Source of the DNA: a virus
Taxonomy: Duplodnaviria; Caudoviricetes
Length of the DNA: 64,000 nucleotides
IMG/VR virus record: IMGVR_UViG_3300014204_000181
Location: 4,804-68,803 of that record
Reading direction: 5' to 3' (one strand)
Made by a program: the position numbers and the translations under genes. The notes under the pieces are model-generated. The model did no database searches and had not been told where the DNA came from. It saw only the letters and a program-made list of their open reading frames with translations. Positions 35,038 through 46,800 of this stretch are shown here, one piece after another (positions within the stretch are counted from its first letter, which is position 1; each line of letters starts with the position of its first letter).

Positions 35038-36513
35038 ATGAGTACAGAAGAAATTGTAACTGAACGTTTGGAAAATGCATGGGATTACGCTTCCAGAACA
35101 TTCGACAAGGCGTTAAGTCTTATCACAGCGATAGACCCTGCGCAATTCGTCAACCTGGGCGGCGTCCCTACGGACATAGACACCAGGGTGGACCTGTCGG
35201 AGCCCTTCTACACAATCCGCGACCTGGCGCCGGCGATGCCGTCCGGAATGGATGTTTACCCTTCCGCGCCTCCCGAATACGTTGACGACGGCTGGTCATT
35301 CCCTGCCATAGACCCGTTCCCTACCCTGGTCACGCCGACGATCCCGACGCTCAAGGATGTGATTATCCCTGATTTCGTGCCCACTGTCACCATCCATGAC
35401 TTTACCGGCGTTCTTGATGATGTGACAATTACGCCCCCTGCCGGAGTCGCCATTGATGCCCAGCAGGTAACTTACAGCTCCGCGCTCCTGGATGCACTGA
35501 AAGCGAAACTCTTAACCAACATTGTCGATGGCGGTACCGGCCTCAATGCTACCGTGGAAAATGATCTGTGGAACAGGGAAAACGAACGCGAAGCCCTGGC
35601 CCTCCAGGATGCTGTCGACAAGGTAACCGCTCAGTGGGCAAAGCTGGGATTCCCTCTTCCTGATGGCCTACTTTCCGCGGAAATCCTGGCGCTCAATACC
35701 GAATATGTCAACCACCGCCTGGATCGGGCCCGCGATATTACCATTGAAAATGCGAAGCTGGAACAGGCGAACATCAAGTATTCCCTGGAGTATGCGATCA
35801 CCATTGAGTCGAAATTCCTGGACCTTGCCGACAGGTATTGCGTCCGTGCACTGGAAGCGTCGAAGGCGACTCTCGAGCTGGCCATCCAGGTTTTCAAGAG
35901 TAACGTAGACCTTTACAATGTCAAGGCTTTAGCATATAAAACTAAAGCAGAGGTTTATGCTTCACAGCTCCAGGCCGCAAAGGTGGAAGTAGAAAAATAC
36001 TCCGCTCAGGTCCAGGCCGCGGGAATGGTAGCTACCGTCAATAAACTAAACGTTGAGCTTTACACGGCCCAGCTTGAAGCAAACAAAGTAAACGCCCAGG
36101 TATATAGTGAAAAGATAAGGGCGCTTGTGGCCGAAGTGGAAGCTCATAAAGCCTGGATTGAAAAGTACGTCATGCGCGTAAAGGCCTATGCGGATATGTG
36201 CAATGCAGTCAATTCCAAATATGCGACAAAGGCTGATATCTACCGCTCGAGGGTTACTGCCTGGGCCGCGAATGCCGAGGCTGATATAAAGAGCAGGGAT
36301 GTTTCCCTTCGTAGCACGCTGGCTTCAATGGAGCTGGCTGTTCGAGAATGGGAGGCGTCTGTCAAGTATGTGGAAAAGGATTTTGAGCTCAAATACCAGA
36401 AAGCAAAGGCGAAGGCCGAGATTGCTGCCGCCGTTGCCCAGGGTGCTCTTGCCGGCGCGTCTGCACAGGCCGGATTGAGCTACAGCGAAAGCGCCAATGT
36501 AACACCGGCATAA
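35038..36513 (+). CDS. Putative internal virion/ejection protein
   Basis: 491 aa, helical Ala-rich C-terminal half, precedes the giant protein. Confidence 0.6.
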   Translation: MSTEEIVTERLENAWDYASRTFDKALSLITAIDPAQFVNLGGVPTDIDTRVDLSEPFYTIRDLAPAMPSGMDVYPSAPPEYVDDGWSFPAIDPFPTLVTPTIPTLKDVIIPDFVPTVTIHDFTGVLDDVTITPPAGVAIDAQQVTYSSALLDALKAKLLTNIVDGGTGLNATVENDLWNRENEREALALQDAVDKVTAQWAKLGFPLPDGLLSAEILALNTEYVNHRLDRARDITIENAKLEQANIKYSLEYAITIESKFLDLADRYCVRALEASKATLELAIQVFKSNVDLYNVKALAYKTKAEVYASQLQAAKVEVEKYSAQVQAAGMVATVNKLNVELYTAQLEANKVNAQVYSEKIRALVAEVEAHKAWIEKYVMRVKAYADMCNAVNSKYATKADIYRSRVTAWAANAEADIKSRDVSLRSTLASMELAVREWEASVKYVEKDFELKYQKAKAKAEIAAAVAQGALAGASAQAGLSYSESANVTPA

Positions 36514-36524
36514 AGGAGGATACC

Positions 36525-37844
36525 ATGGCAGGGATAGGAATAAATGAGGAAGTACGGACGGATAGCATTGAACAAAAACCGACATTCCCACTTCATCCGT
36601 CAGTCATTAATGATGTCCTGACAGAGTTGGGTGGTGGCCCGCAAAAACAGGCGGCGAGTGCGGTAGCCGGAGCATTTGGAATGCGGCCCGTGGCAGAAAT
36701 AATGTCCCGTTCGCCGCTTGCCCAGGATGTTTCCGGATTTGCAGAGAAAGCCGGCCGCGGATTGAAAAAGATTGGCGCCGCCCTGGGCATGGGTGCCGCG
36801 CGCGGAGCTGATTACGTCCTGGGTACTAACCTTACGCCGAGAATGACGGAAATTGATAAGTCCGTTAATCCGGAAGCATACGCGCCCCAGGAAGTGAAAC
36901 AGGCTGGTGCTGTGGCTCCTACTCCTGCTGCAGCCGGAATAAAACCGGTTACCAGTCCTTTTACTCCCGCGACTCCTGCTCCGACAGGCGTTCCTGCAAG
37001 TGCGGCGAAATTAGCTCCTGGTGGCCAGCCGGCGCCGTCGTTCAAGATGACGGTACAAAATGCTCCTGGATCGGAAGAAGCCGAGTTAATGGGCCCGCAA
37101 AAGAAAACATACACGAACAGAGGATTTGGCATGCAGACCCGTGGCGGCGGCGGTGGAGCGTTTGGCAATCCCAACCTGTCCGAACAGGTATCCGACTTCA
37201 ATGCTGCAGGTAAGGGCGTCGCGGCACCGAAAACTTCCGGAGCTCCTGGTGAACCCAGCATAGCAAATCTGCAGAAAGACTTGACGAAGAAGAATCCTTA
37301 CATGGATGAAGCTGCGAACATGATCCGGCAGGGATATAACGAAACCCGTAACATGGCGCCGGCATACTCCCAGGGGACAGGACGCACATTTATTCCTGCG
37401 CACCGTAAAGCTCTCGAGAAGGAATACGCTGGAGAAATGGTCAAACTGGCCGGAGTTAAGGAAGCCAGGGACCAACTGGCTGAAACTCGTCGCGCGGAAC
37501 TGGACCTCAAGAAAACGATTGCGGAAGCGGCAATGGCAGACCGTCATGACAAGCTGGCAAACGATCATCGTGACAGGTTGCTCAAGAATTTTGCTGATTA
37601 TGATACGACTCCGGAAGGGCAGAAAGCGGCCAACTACCATAAGACGCTTTACAATATGTACCTTGCTGGCGTGACTGACAAGGAAATGCCTGGCGTCAAT
37701 GCTATTGGCCAGAAATGGCTGGCATGGAATGAACAGGTTATGCGTGACAATAAGATCAAGCAGCAGACTCCTGCACAGCTGAAGGAATCCCAGGCAAGGT
37801 TCAGGAAATCCCTGTCCCTGTATCCTGAAATGTCTGCAAAATAA
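36525..37844 (+). CDS. Putative internal virion/ejection protein
   Basis: 439 aa, A/G/P-rich; AAGGAGG RBS. Confidence 0.6.
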   Translation: MAGIGINEEVRTDSIEQKPTFPLHPSVINDVLTELGGGPQKQAASAVAGAFGMRPVAEIMSRSPLAQDVSGFAEKAGRGLKKIGAALGMGAARGADYVLGTNLTPRMTEIDKSVNPEAYAPQEVKQAGAVAPTPAAAGIKPVTSPFTPATPAPTGVPASAAKLAPGGQPAPSFKMTVQNAPGSEEAELMGPQKKTYTNRGFGMQTRGGGGGAFGNPNLSEQVSDFNAAGKGVAAPKTSGAPGEPSIANLQKDLTKKNPYMDEAANMIRQGYNETRNMAPAYSQGTGRTFIPAHRKALEKEYAGEMVKLAGVKEARDQLAETRRAELDLKKTIAEAAMADRHDKLANDHRDRLLKNFADYDTTPEGQKAANYHKTLYNMYLAGVTDKEMPGVNAIGQKWLAWNEQVMRDNKIKQQTPAQLKESQARFRKSLSLYPEMSAK

Positions 37845-37861
37845 TTCACGGAGATAGTGCC

Positions 37862-40800
37862 ATGGCTGATGATATTATTTATCCTGACGATCCCCCTAAG
37901 AGTAGCGGTTATTTTGGCATAGGCGGTGGCGAAACCAAACTTAAATATCCTGATGATGTACCCGAAGAATCCGGCACGTTGCGACGTGCTATCGTCGATC
38001 CTCTTATCGGATTGGTTGAAGGCACCGTTGTTGGAATACCGGAAGCCGCGGTTGGATTGGCTGACATTCCTACCATGGGGTATGCTGGTAAAGCTGTTGA
38101 TACCGCTGGCAAGGCGTTGGGCATTGGTGGCTTCAAGGATATTCATGAAAAGTTTGCCCAGCTGAAAACTCCCGAGTTTAGAGAAGCCCAGCAAAAGGTA
38201 TCAGAAGCGAAGGGATTTATTCCCACAGTTAAAACTGCACTGGAGAATCCTTCCGTTATTGCTGATATCGTAGCTCAGTCACTGCCTTCTGCTTACGGTG
38301 GCAGTCGCCTGGCCATGAAAGGCCTGGGATTAATCGGCAAGGGTGTTGAAGAAGGATTACCCGCCGCTACGAATCTCCGTCGTGCTGTTGTCGGTGGTGG
38401 CATTGGTGAAGGTTTGGTTACTGCCGGCCAGAATATAGAACAGGTTCGTCAGGAAACTCCAGATCAGCTCTTGACTCCTAAACAGGTAGGTATCAACGTT
38501 GCTTCCGGCGCCCTTACCGGCCTCATTGGTGTCATGGGTGGCAAACTCGCCCAGCGCCTGGGCATGGAAGATATCAATACCCTCTTCGCTGGAGGAAAAG
38601 CCGGCGTAGTTGGTGATAAGGAACTGGGAATATTCAAGAAGGTCCTTTATGGAGCCATCCAGGAAGGTGTTTTTGAAGAGCTTCCCCAGTCCATGCAGGA
38701 ACAGGCCGCTCAAAACCTTTCATTGGGTAAGCCGATTGATGAAAGCGTTGTGGAACAGGGCGCCCTGGGTATGCTTGCCGGATTTGCACAGTCTACCGGT
38801 GCCCAGGTAGGTGGGACGATCCTTGCTAAAATGCGGCAACAGGACCCGTTAAGTCAAGAAATAGATCGACAGATGAAGGAAGTTGATCCGGAAGGGACAA
38901 CAGAAGCTGTTCCTCCTGTCACGCCTCCTGTGACACCTGCCGCGACAGAACCTGTTATACCTGTAACGGAGCCGGAAACGCCGGAAGAACAAACAGTTAC
39001 GCCCGTTGAACCTGCCGCGCCTGTCACGGAACCGGTTACCCCCGTCACCCCCACTGTGACAGAACCGGTTACACCGGAAACGCCCCCTGGTGAAACACTT
39101 CCTCTTACAGAAGGTGAAGGTGGTGGTATTGTACCGCCGCCTGAAACTCCCCCGCCCGTTACACCGCCCGTTACACCGCCCGCGGTTGCCGCTCCCGAGG
39201 AAGAAACAACACCGCCGCCGCCCGTTACTCCGGAGCCGGAAAAAGCTGTTACACCAGGAGAAGTACCGCCCGAACCTCCGGCGTCCGTACCTGGATCACG
39301 CAACTGGCATACCATTAACGAGTTGTCCATGGCAGAGCTCACTGATACTGAAATGGAGCGCCTTGCTGACGGTACCGGCCCCACTGAACAGGAAACCACT
39401 GATTACAATAACTGGATGAAAGCACGCGAGGCTGCCGCTGGCCAGGCAAACGACGTAGAACAGTCGGGCCAGGTTAAGGCCCGTGATATAATGGAACGCG
39501 TGAAGCGCAAGTGGGCAGAGCAGAATCCGCATATATCCGTAGCCTCTGTTGCTGGTCATACTTCCGCTGTTGCCATGCAGCTCGATGGATTGGATCGCCC
39601 GTTGAAGGCGTCAGCTTTTATCAATGGCCTTTCTTCGCGGTTACGTGTCCCGAATAAATACGATTTCATTGGTAAACTGCTTGACCGAATAGGCGTTCCG
39701 GTAATCATTCAGGAAAAAGGGAATGCAGCATCTGGTGGCATAGTAACGGACGCCTGTTTTGCATATCCTCAAGATGGAAGCAACCCTGGCCGTATTGTTA
39801 TTGATACAAAAGCAATGGCAACAAGCATGGATTACGGGCCTGGGTATGGCGTCGCTCACATCAATGAAACATTTGTCCATGAAGGACTGCACGCCATAAT
39901 CCGTAATTCCCCCAACTGGCGAAACTCAGAAAAGAAGTTACGTGATTTCCTGGACAGCATCATCAAGCACCAGGCGACAGCTCCGGAAGAAATTAAAGCA
40001 TACATACAGCATATTGATAAATACCAGATTGACGAGCTTATTACCGAAGCCCTTTCCGATTCCAAATTTGCCCAGTGGTTGGACAGCATTCCTGCAGAGG
40101 GTGTGCGCAATCCTTCAAAAACCCTGTGGGGCAAACTGAAAGACATTATCTTTCGGACCCTGGAAACCTTTGGTCTGTCAAAGAGTAAACTTGACGAGCT
40201 CAACGAAATCCTTGATGACGTCCTAGGTGGTCATGTAGGGGCCGAATTACAGGGGACGACTCCAGAAGAGCCGGTTAAACCTCCTGCTCCCACATTGCCC
40301 GTACCTGAAGCCCCCCAAGGATGGCAAAGGCAGAACCTATCGGGAAAAGATATTTACGCCAGCAATGATATGAAACACGCCATTCTCGTTCGCCATGAAG
40401 AGGGGGTTTACGAGTTAAAGACCAGAGAAGCACAGGAATGGAAGACGGTTGGTAAATTCAAGACATTAGACGAGGCCATTGCTGCGACAACTCCGGCGCC
40501 GGCAGAGGGCGAAGGTGGTGGTGGCAATAAAGGTGTCCAGATACCCCAGCATGAAGCTATCGGGCCCTCGAACAAGATCAACGTCGTTCCGTTATCCAAA
40601 CAACTGTCAACACGAATGCTGGATTTCCAGCGGGCTAATCCGGAAGGGACCCTGGATAAGAACGCTATAAAAAGCTGGATGGCCGATATCTATAAGGTAA
40701 CGCCCGCGCAACTTACTGCGCTCGAGAAATCCGGTTATTACGATCATAAGGCTGTCGAGGAAGCGGTGGAAGGCGCCATCGTCCGGTACGGTTATGACAT

Positions 40801-43800
40801 GATGAACCTGTCCTTCTCCGATGCCGAGAAATACAAACGTATCATCAATATGTATAACTCCCAGCCGAACCTTGCTGCTCGCACGTCTGAATCCACCATC
40901 ATGCAGCAATACTCTACGCCGCTGCCTATTGCGTTCCTGATGAATCGTTATCTCAATCTTCGTGGCAGATACGGCCGCTTTTATGTATATGAGCCCACTG
41001 CCGGCAATGGCATGCTGTTAATAGGCGCAAATCCCACATCTACCCATGCAAATGAAATGGACAAGGGAAACCGTTCCGCTATTCTTCGAGGTCTGTTCCC
41101 TGGAATGAAAGTTACCAACGAAGACGCCCTTACCGATGCCGCCCGCCCTGGCCGTCAGCCGGATCGTGTGATTGCCAATCCTCCGTTTGGCAAGACGGCA
41201 GAACAGGTAATCGACGGCTACAAGATGACACAGAAAGCACATATCATTGTCGCCAGGGCCCTCAACTCCATGCTGGACAACGGTAAGGCCGCGTTCATCA
41301 TGGGTGGTGAAAACTTCGATAAGGGTGACAATCTCTCCCTGTCCATGACGGATAAGATATTCTACAACTGGCTATACAATAATTACAAAGTAACCAACAA
41401 CATAGACGTCAGCGGTGAGCTGTACGGGCGTCAGGGTACCAAGTATCCCGTGCGCCTTATTACGGTAGATGGACGCAAAGCGAAACCAGGTAAGGGCATT
41501 CCTGCCTATCTCAACTTTTTCAGAGCAGGTACCTTTGACACCTTAAAAGATATCCTTGAAGGGAGGGGTGACAATGCCAGAGTCGAAGCAAAAGGAGAAA
41601 TTGTCCCAGCAGAAGGAGAAAATGCAGCTGGCGAAGGAGGTAAAGGTGGTGAATCTAATATACAACCACCTGCTACCGTTAGCGGACAAGGACAGGTACA
41701 GGGAGCTGGAGAACTACCTACGGGACCAGGGGTGGAATTACAACCTGGTGAAACTGGACGTGGAGAAGGACCTGCCGGAGAAGGAGCCGGAAAGAACCTG
41801 GGCCCTGGTGTCGGAGTGGAGCGAGCTGGTGTTTCAGGCGGCAACCGCGGCGCAAGTGAAGGAGTGGTTACAACTGGTGAAGAGCAACCAGCCACTGGAG
41901 GAACTGCCGTAGATCAGGCTGTCAAGGAGTTTGGCGAGCTGTATATGCCTTACGAAGCGGCCGACGAAGAGAAATTCTACCAGGAGAAGGCGAAGCCTGG
42001 CCTCGAGAAGATTGCGCAATCCGTCGTTGATGAAGTGGGCCTGGACGCCACCAACCAGGACGTATTGACAAAGATAAAGTCGATCATAGGCGAGAAGTGG
42101 GAGAAGGCGAAACGCGACGTCATGCGCTGGCTGCGTGAAGAGTTTGAAGCCTTCAAGCAGATGATCCGCGATGCTACGATATTCCAGATTCCATATAAGG
42201 CCAAATCGAAGGGGCCCTACGGCAAGACGCTGGTACCGAAAAACCAGGCATATGCCATGGAACAGGCCCTGGATGACATAGAAAGGAAGCATGGCAACAT
42301 TGACGACTGGGTAATGAAAGAGCTCGCTTACCCCAACCGTGAAGCCCTGTATAAAGCCTTTGCCGCCGAGCAGATAGACGCCCTGGCGATGGCTATTGAG
42401 AATATTAACGATAAGGCCGGCATGATCCTGGGTGACCAGACAGGAGTTGGGAAGGGCCGCGTTGTTGCCGGCATGATCCGCTGGGCCAACCAGAAAGGCC
42501 TGGTGCCCATATTCGTTACAGAAAAGCCGAACCTGTTCAGCGATATGTACCGTGACCTTACGGCCATCGACCATAAGATAAAGCCGTTCATCATGAACAA
42601 CGATGTTAAGGCAAATATAGTTAATCAGGAAACGGGAGAAGTTTTAATAAGCCATGGAGCCGATGGCAAGGGGAAGCTGGTCTACAACGGCGGCAGGATC
42701 AACTGGGATCGCATAACGGAGAATCCGCAAGCCTACCTTGCCGAGAATAACATGAAGGCCATTTTCACTACTTATTCCCAGCATCAAAGTGGTGAGTTTA
42801 AGAACCAGGACAGTATCCTCAACAGGATGGCTCCGAACAATATTCTTGTCCTGGACGAGTCGCACAATGCGACAGGCGCCGCTGATGGAAGTGATTCCAA
42901 TACAAAGGTAAAGTTTCTCAGTTTCCTGCAGCATGCCGATGGTGTCCTGTACTCTTCGGCTACGTTTGCCAAGACGCCGCACAACATGGCGCTTTATTAC
43001 CGGACCGCCCTGGGTGATACCGGAATGCAATTCTTCGAGCTGGTGGATGCCATTGTCAGAGGCGGTAATCCCCTCCAGGAATATATTTCCGCGGCTCTTG
43101 CCAAGGGTGGCCAGTATCTTCGCCGCGAGTTGGATTTTAGTGGTATCAATTACTTCAAGACGCCTACGATGCAGAACACGGATAAAACCGACCCGAGTTA
43201 TCCGGAACTGGAAAAGGCGTTCGAACGCGACAAGTCCATTACCGACAAAAGTAATAACGTCGTTCGTCAGATCATGGCGTTCAGTAACGATTTTCGTGGT
43301 AGGGCAAATTCCAGCCGGCTGAATGCCCTGCTTGCTGTCCGTGGCTACATGATAGGCCAGGGAACAGGTCCCGCAAGATTATCGGCTACGGCCACCAATT
43401 TTGCCAGTGTCGTGCATAATTTCAACTCCCAGTTGCTTATGTCGACGAAGGTTGACCGTACCATTAATGAAACCGAAAAGGCGTTGAAAGAAGGAAAAAA
43501 GGTAGTCATCAACCTCATGAATACCATGGGCTCGTTCCTGGATGACATGGTAAGGCTGGGCATGGCCGAAGAGGGTAAGCCGATAGAGTTTACTTACAGA
43601 AGTGTCCTCGAGCGTGCCCTTCGCAACTCCCTCCGCGTCACGGTCAAGAACGGATTTGGAGATAAAACGAGGCTGATGATATCGCCCGATGAATTACGTC
43701 AATTCATGCCGGCAGTTTATAATGAATACGTGAAAGCCCTGAACATGATAAACACCTATGATGTAAAGGGTTTACACGCGTCCCCCATTGATTACATGTT

Positions 43801-46800
43801 GAGCGAGCTCGAGCGTATTTCAGGGAAACCCGTCACGGAGCTCACCAACCGTGACTACACGATCAACTATACCGATAAGGATGGAAAGCCGATTGATACG
43901 CCGATCCTGGGTAGAAGAGAAGCTCATACGCGCGACAGGCAGCGGGCAATCCGGTTATTCAATACGGGTAAGTCTGATGTAATCATCATCAATCGTGCCG
44001 GCTCCGTTGGCATTTCGTTACATGCATCTGAGGACTTCTCCGACCAGAAACCGCGTCGTATGCTGATCCTCCAGCCCAACCTGGACATTAATATTTACAT
44101 GCAAGCCCTGGGTCGTATCTTCCGAAAAGGCCAGGTGGTTAATCCGGATTACGTCTACGTGACTTCCGATTTACCGTCAGAGATACGCCCTGCCGTCATC
44201 CTAGAACGTAAAATGTCGTCCCTGAAAGCGAATACAACCGCCAAGCAGAAGGGTGCGGAGTCGCGCAAGGAAATCCCCGACATGATGAACAGATACGGGA
44301 ATGAAATAACCAGAGCATGGCTCAACCGAAACAAGCAGGTAGCCATCCAGCTGGGCATTATCCAGTCACAGAACCAGTCCATTCCCACTGATACCTCTAC
44401 CGATTATGCGGCTGTCGCCGGCAAGCTCACCGTGCTGCCCGTAGAGCTCCAGAAAGACTTCTACAATGAAGTAGAGAACGATTACGATTCCTATATTCAG
44501 GAGCTTACCGCCAAGGGGGAAAACGAGCTCATATCCAAGAATTACGATTACCAGGCAAAGATAATCGACAAGAGCCAGATTTACCAGGGCCTTGATCCGG
44601 AAAGTCCCTTTTCCGGAAACGTTTACCGTGAAGTCCTCCAGGTACGCCAGCTCAAGAAACCGTTCAACATGGTGAAGATTAAGGACCTCATTTCCAAGAT
44701 TATCGGTACCAAATCCGGTCAGGATTATTCAACCGAGTTGTTTGAGAAGGTGAAACAGTCCCGCACTGAATACTGGCAGAAGTGGGAAAGCAAACTGGCT
44801 GAAAAGTATGAAAACAACACGGAAAGAATGTCCAGGGCCCGCCAGGAAAGACAGGCATATTTGAACGCCGAACAGGAAACATACCGGTCATTGCTCAACT
44901 ATATGCATATCGGTGACTATTATGAAATCCCCCTGGGTGAAGGCAGCCAGGAGAATATTAGGGGTGTCCTTACTAATATCATCTGGTCACCGACGACGGA
45001 TAGTAACCCGATTCAGTTATCACGGTTGAAATTCGTCTTCTCCGTCCAGGACCCCGTGCAGACAGTAGTTTATAACGCCAGCCAGTCCTGGTTCCGCGAT
45101 GAAGCATACCGGCTCCAGAAGGGCATTCCCGTTAACTGGGATAGCACACTGCCTACCGATAGGACGGAAGAGAAAGTGGTGCTTACCGGTAACATGCTCC
45201 GCGCCTTCAACATAATGAGTCATTTGCCCGAGATTAAATTTGAAATGGTTAATTTCTCCAGGGAAAATGGCGTGAAGGAGTTTGGCCTGGTCATTGCTCG
45301 CAAGCATGAGGATATCATCCGGCAGTGGGACCCGCAGTCCCTGGGTAGAGAAGTTGCCTGGCAAGAGGCGCATGTTTATCTCACTGATAGAACTGTCGAC
45401 CTTGAGCGGATTGTTACATCCACCAACAACGAAATTACCATCCAGTCCGAGTTTACAACAAAGCGCGACAAGAAGGATGCCACCAGCAACAACGTGCTCG
45501 AGTATCGCGTCAGCGTGCCGGCGAGTACCCAGCTGGGCGCCAAATACTTCCAGGATGATGCATTGCGTTCGTTTGTCCGAAACAACAACTTCCGGAAAAT
45601 GGGCAATCGCATGATCGCTAACATGGATTTTGATAAGCTGGAAGGCTTCATGAAGGCGCTGCATGACAAATTCGGCATGAAGTTTACGCTTCCCCGTGAC
45701 ACGGCCCAGGTTACAGCGCCGATGCCTTCTTTCATTCCTACTAATCCCGATACCCAGGAAGAGGTATTGCGAGCTCCGTTTGTCGCATCCATTAAGGACT
45801 TCTCTGACAAATTCTTTGACAATCCGGCAGAGGCGGTACCGGACAAATTCATAAAAGAGGAAATACGGCCGTTCCTAAAGTCGCAGAATGATTTCAAGAA
45901 TGTCGACAAGTATGCAAGTCTTCCCTGGTGGAACGCCAAAAAGTATCCTGCCTGGCGCCGTGCTTTTGAAATCTTCGGCATTCAGCGGCCGGAACGTCGT
46001 GGCACCCTTACCCATGGATTTGCACAAATAGCCGAACCTTTCTTCCGGCTCGAGGAAGTGATGCGCAAGGCTGGCAAGACGAGCAAGGAGATTGCCGACG
46101 CCAAGGATCGGATCAACCGTGTCATTGTTACCGGTGATGCCCAGCTGGGCCCGTACCTGAAATCCCTGAAACGCCAGGTAAAAGGCATGGCAGAAGGCCC
46201 GTTGAAGGATCGGCTCCAGGCACGCATAGACCAACTCACCCGCGACAACCGGTACGCCGACGATCAGTTATTGAAGGGTATCAAGGATGACCGCGGAAAC
46301 ATGGTTAAGCTGTCCCAGGAAGAGATTACCGTCTACAAGTCCGTGCGCCAGGCCCTGGATAATATGTTCGATGCCTACGTGGACCATCTGCAGTCAATGG
46401 CATTCCGTACCTGGAGTAAGCAGAAATGGTATGCTGTGCTGCTCCAGGCTGCCGGCATGGATTTTAATAAGACGCAGACCGCTCAGATCGTCGGCGCTGG
46501 TTTGGATAAGGCCGCCCAGTTGCGGGCCCTCAAGATACAGCCGGATATCAAGCGCATATTTGAACGGGTGGAACAGCAGATTGAGAAGACTCCCGATGCC
46601 GACAAGATAGCTGCCGGCGAATGGTTTGGCAAGATATCCGATACCATGGTTGCCGAGATTGCGAGCTTACAGAAAGCCCTGTCTACCCTCACCGGTATTA
46701 CCGACCAGGCGAAACTTACCAGTATGTCCCGTCAAATCCTGGCCGCGTACATGATGACCAGGCCACAGCTCAAGAAGATCAAAACGCTTCGGAATCTTTA

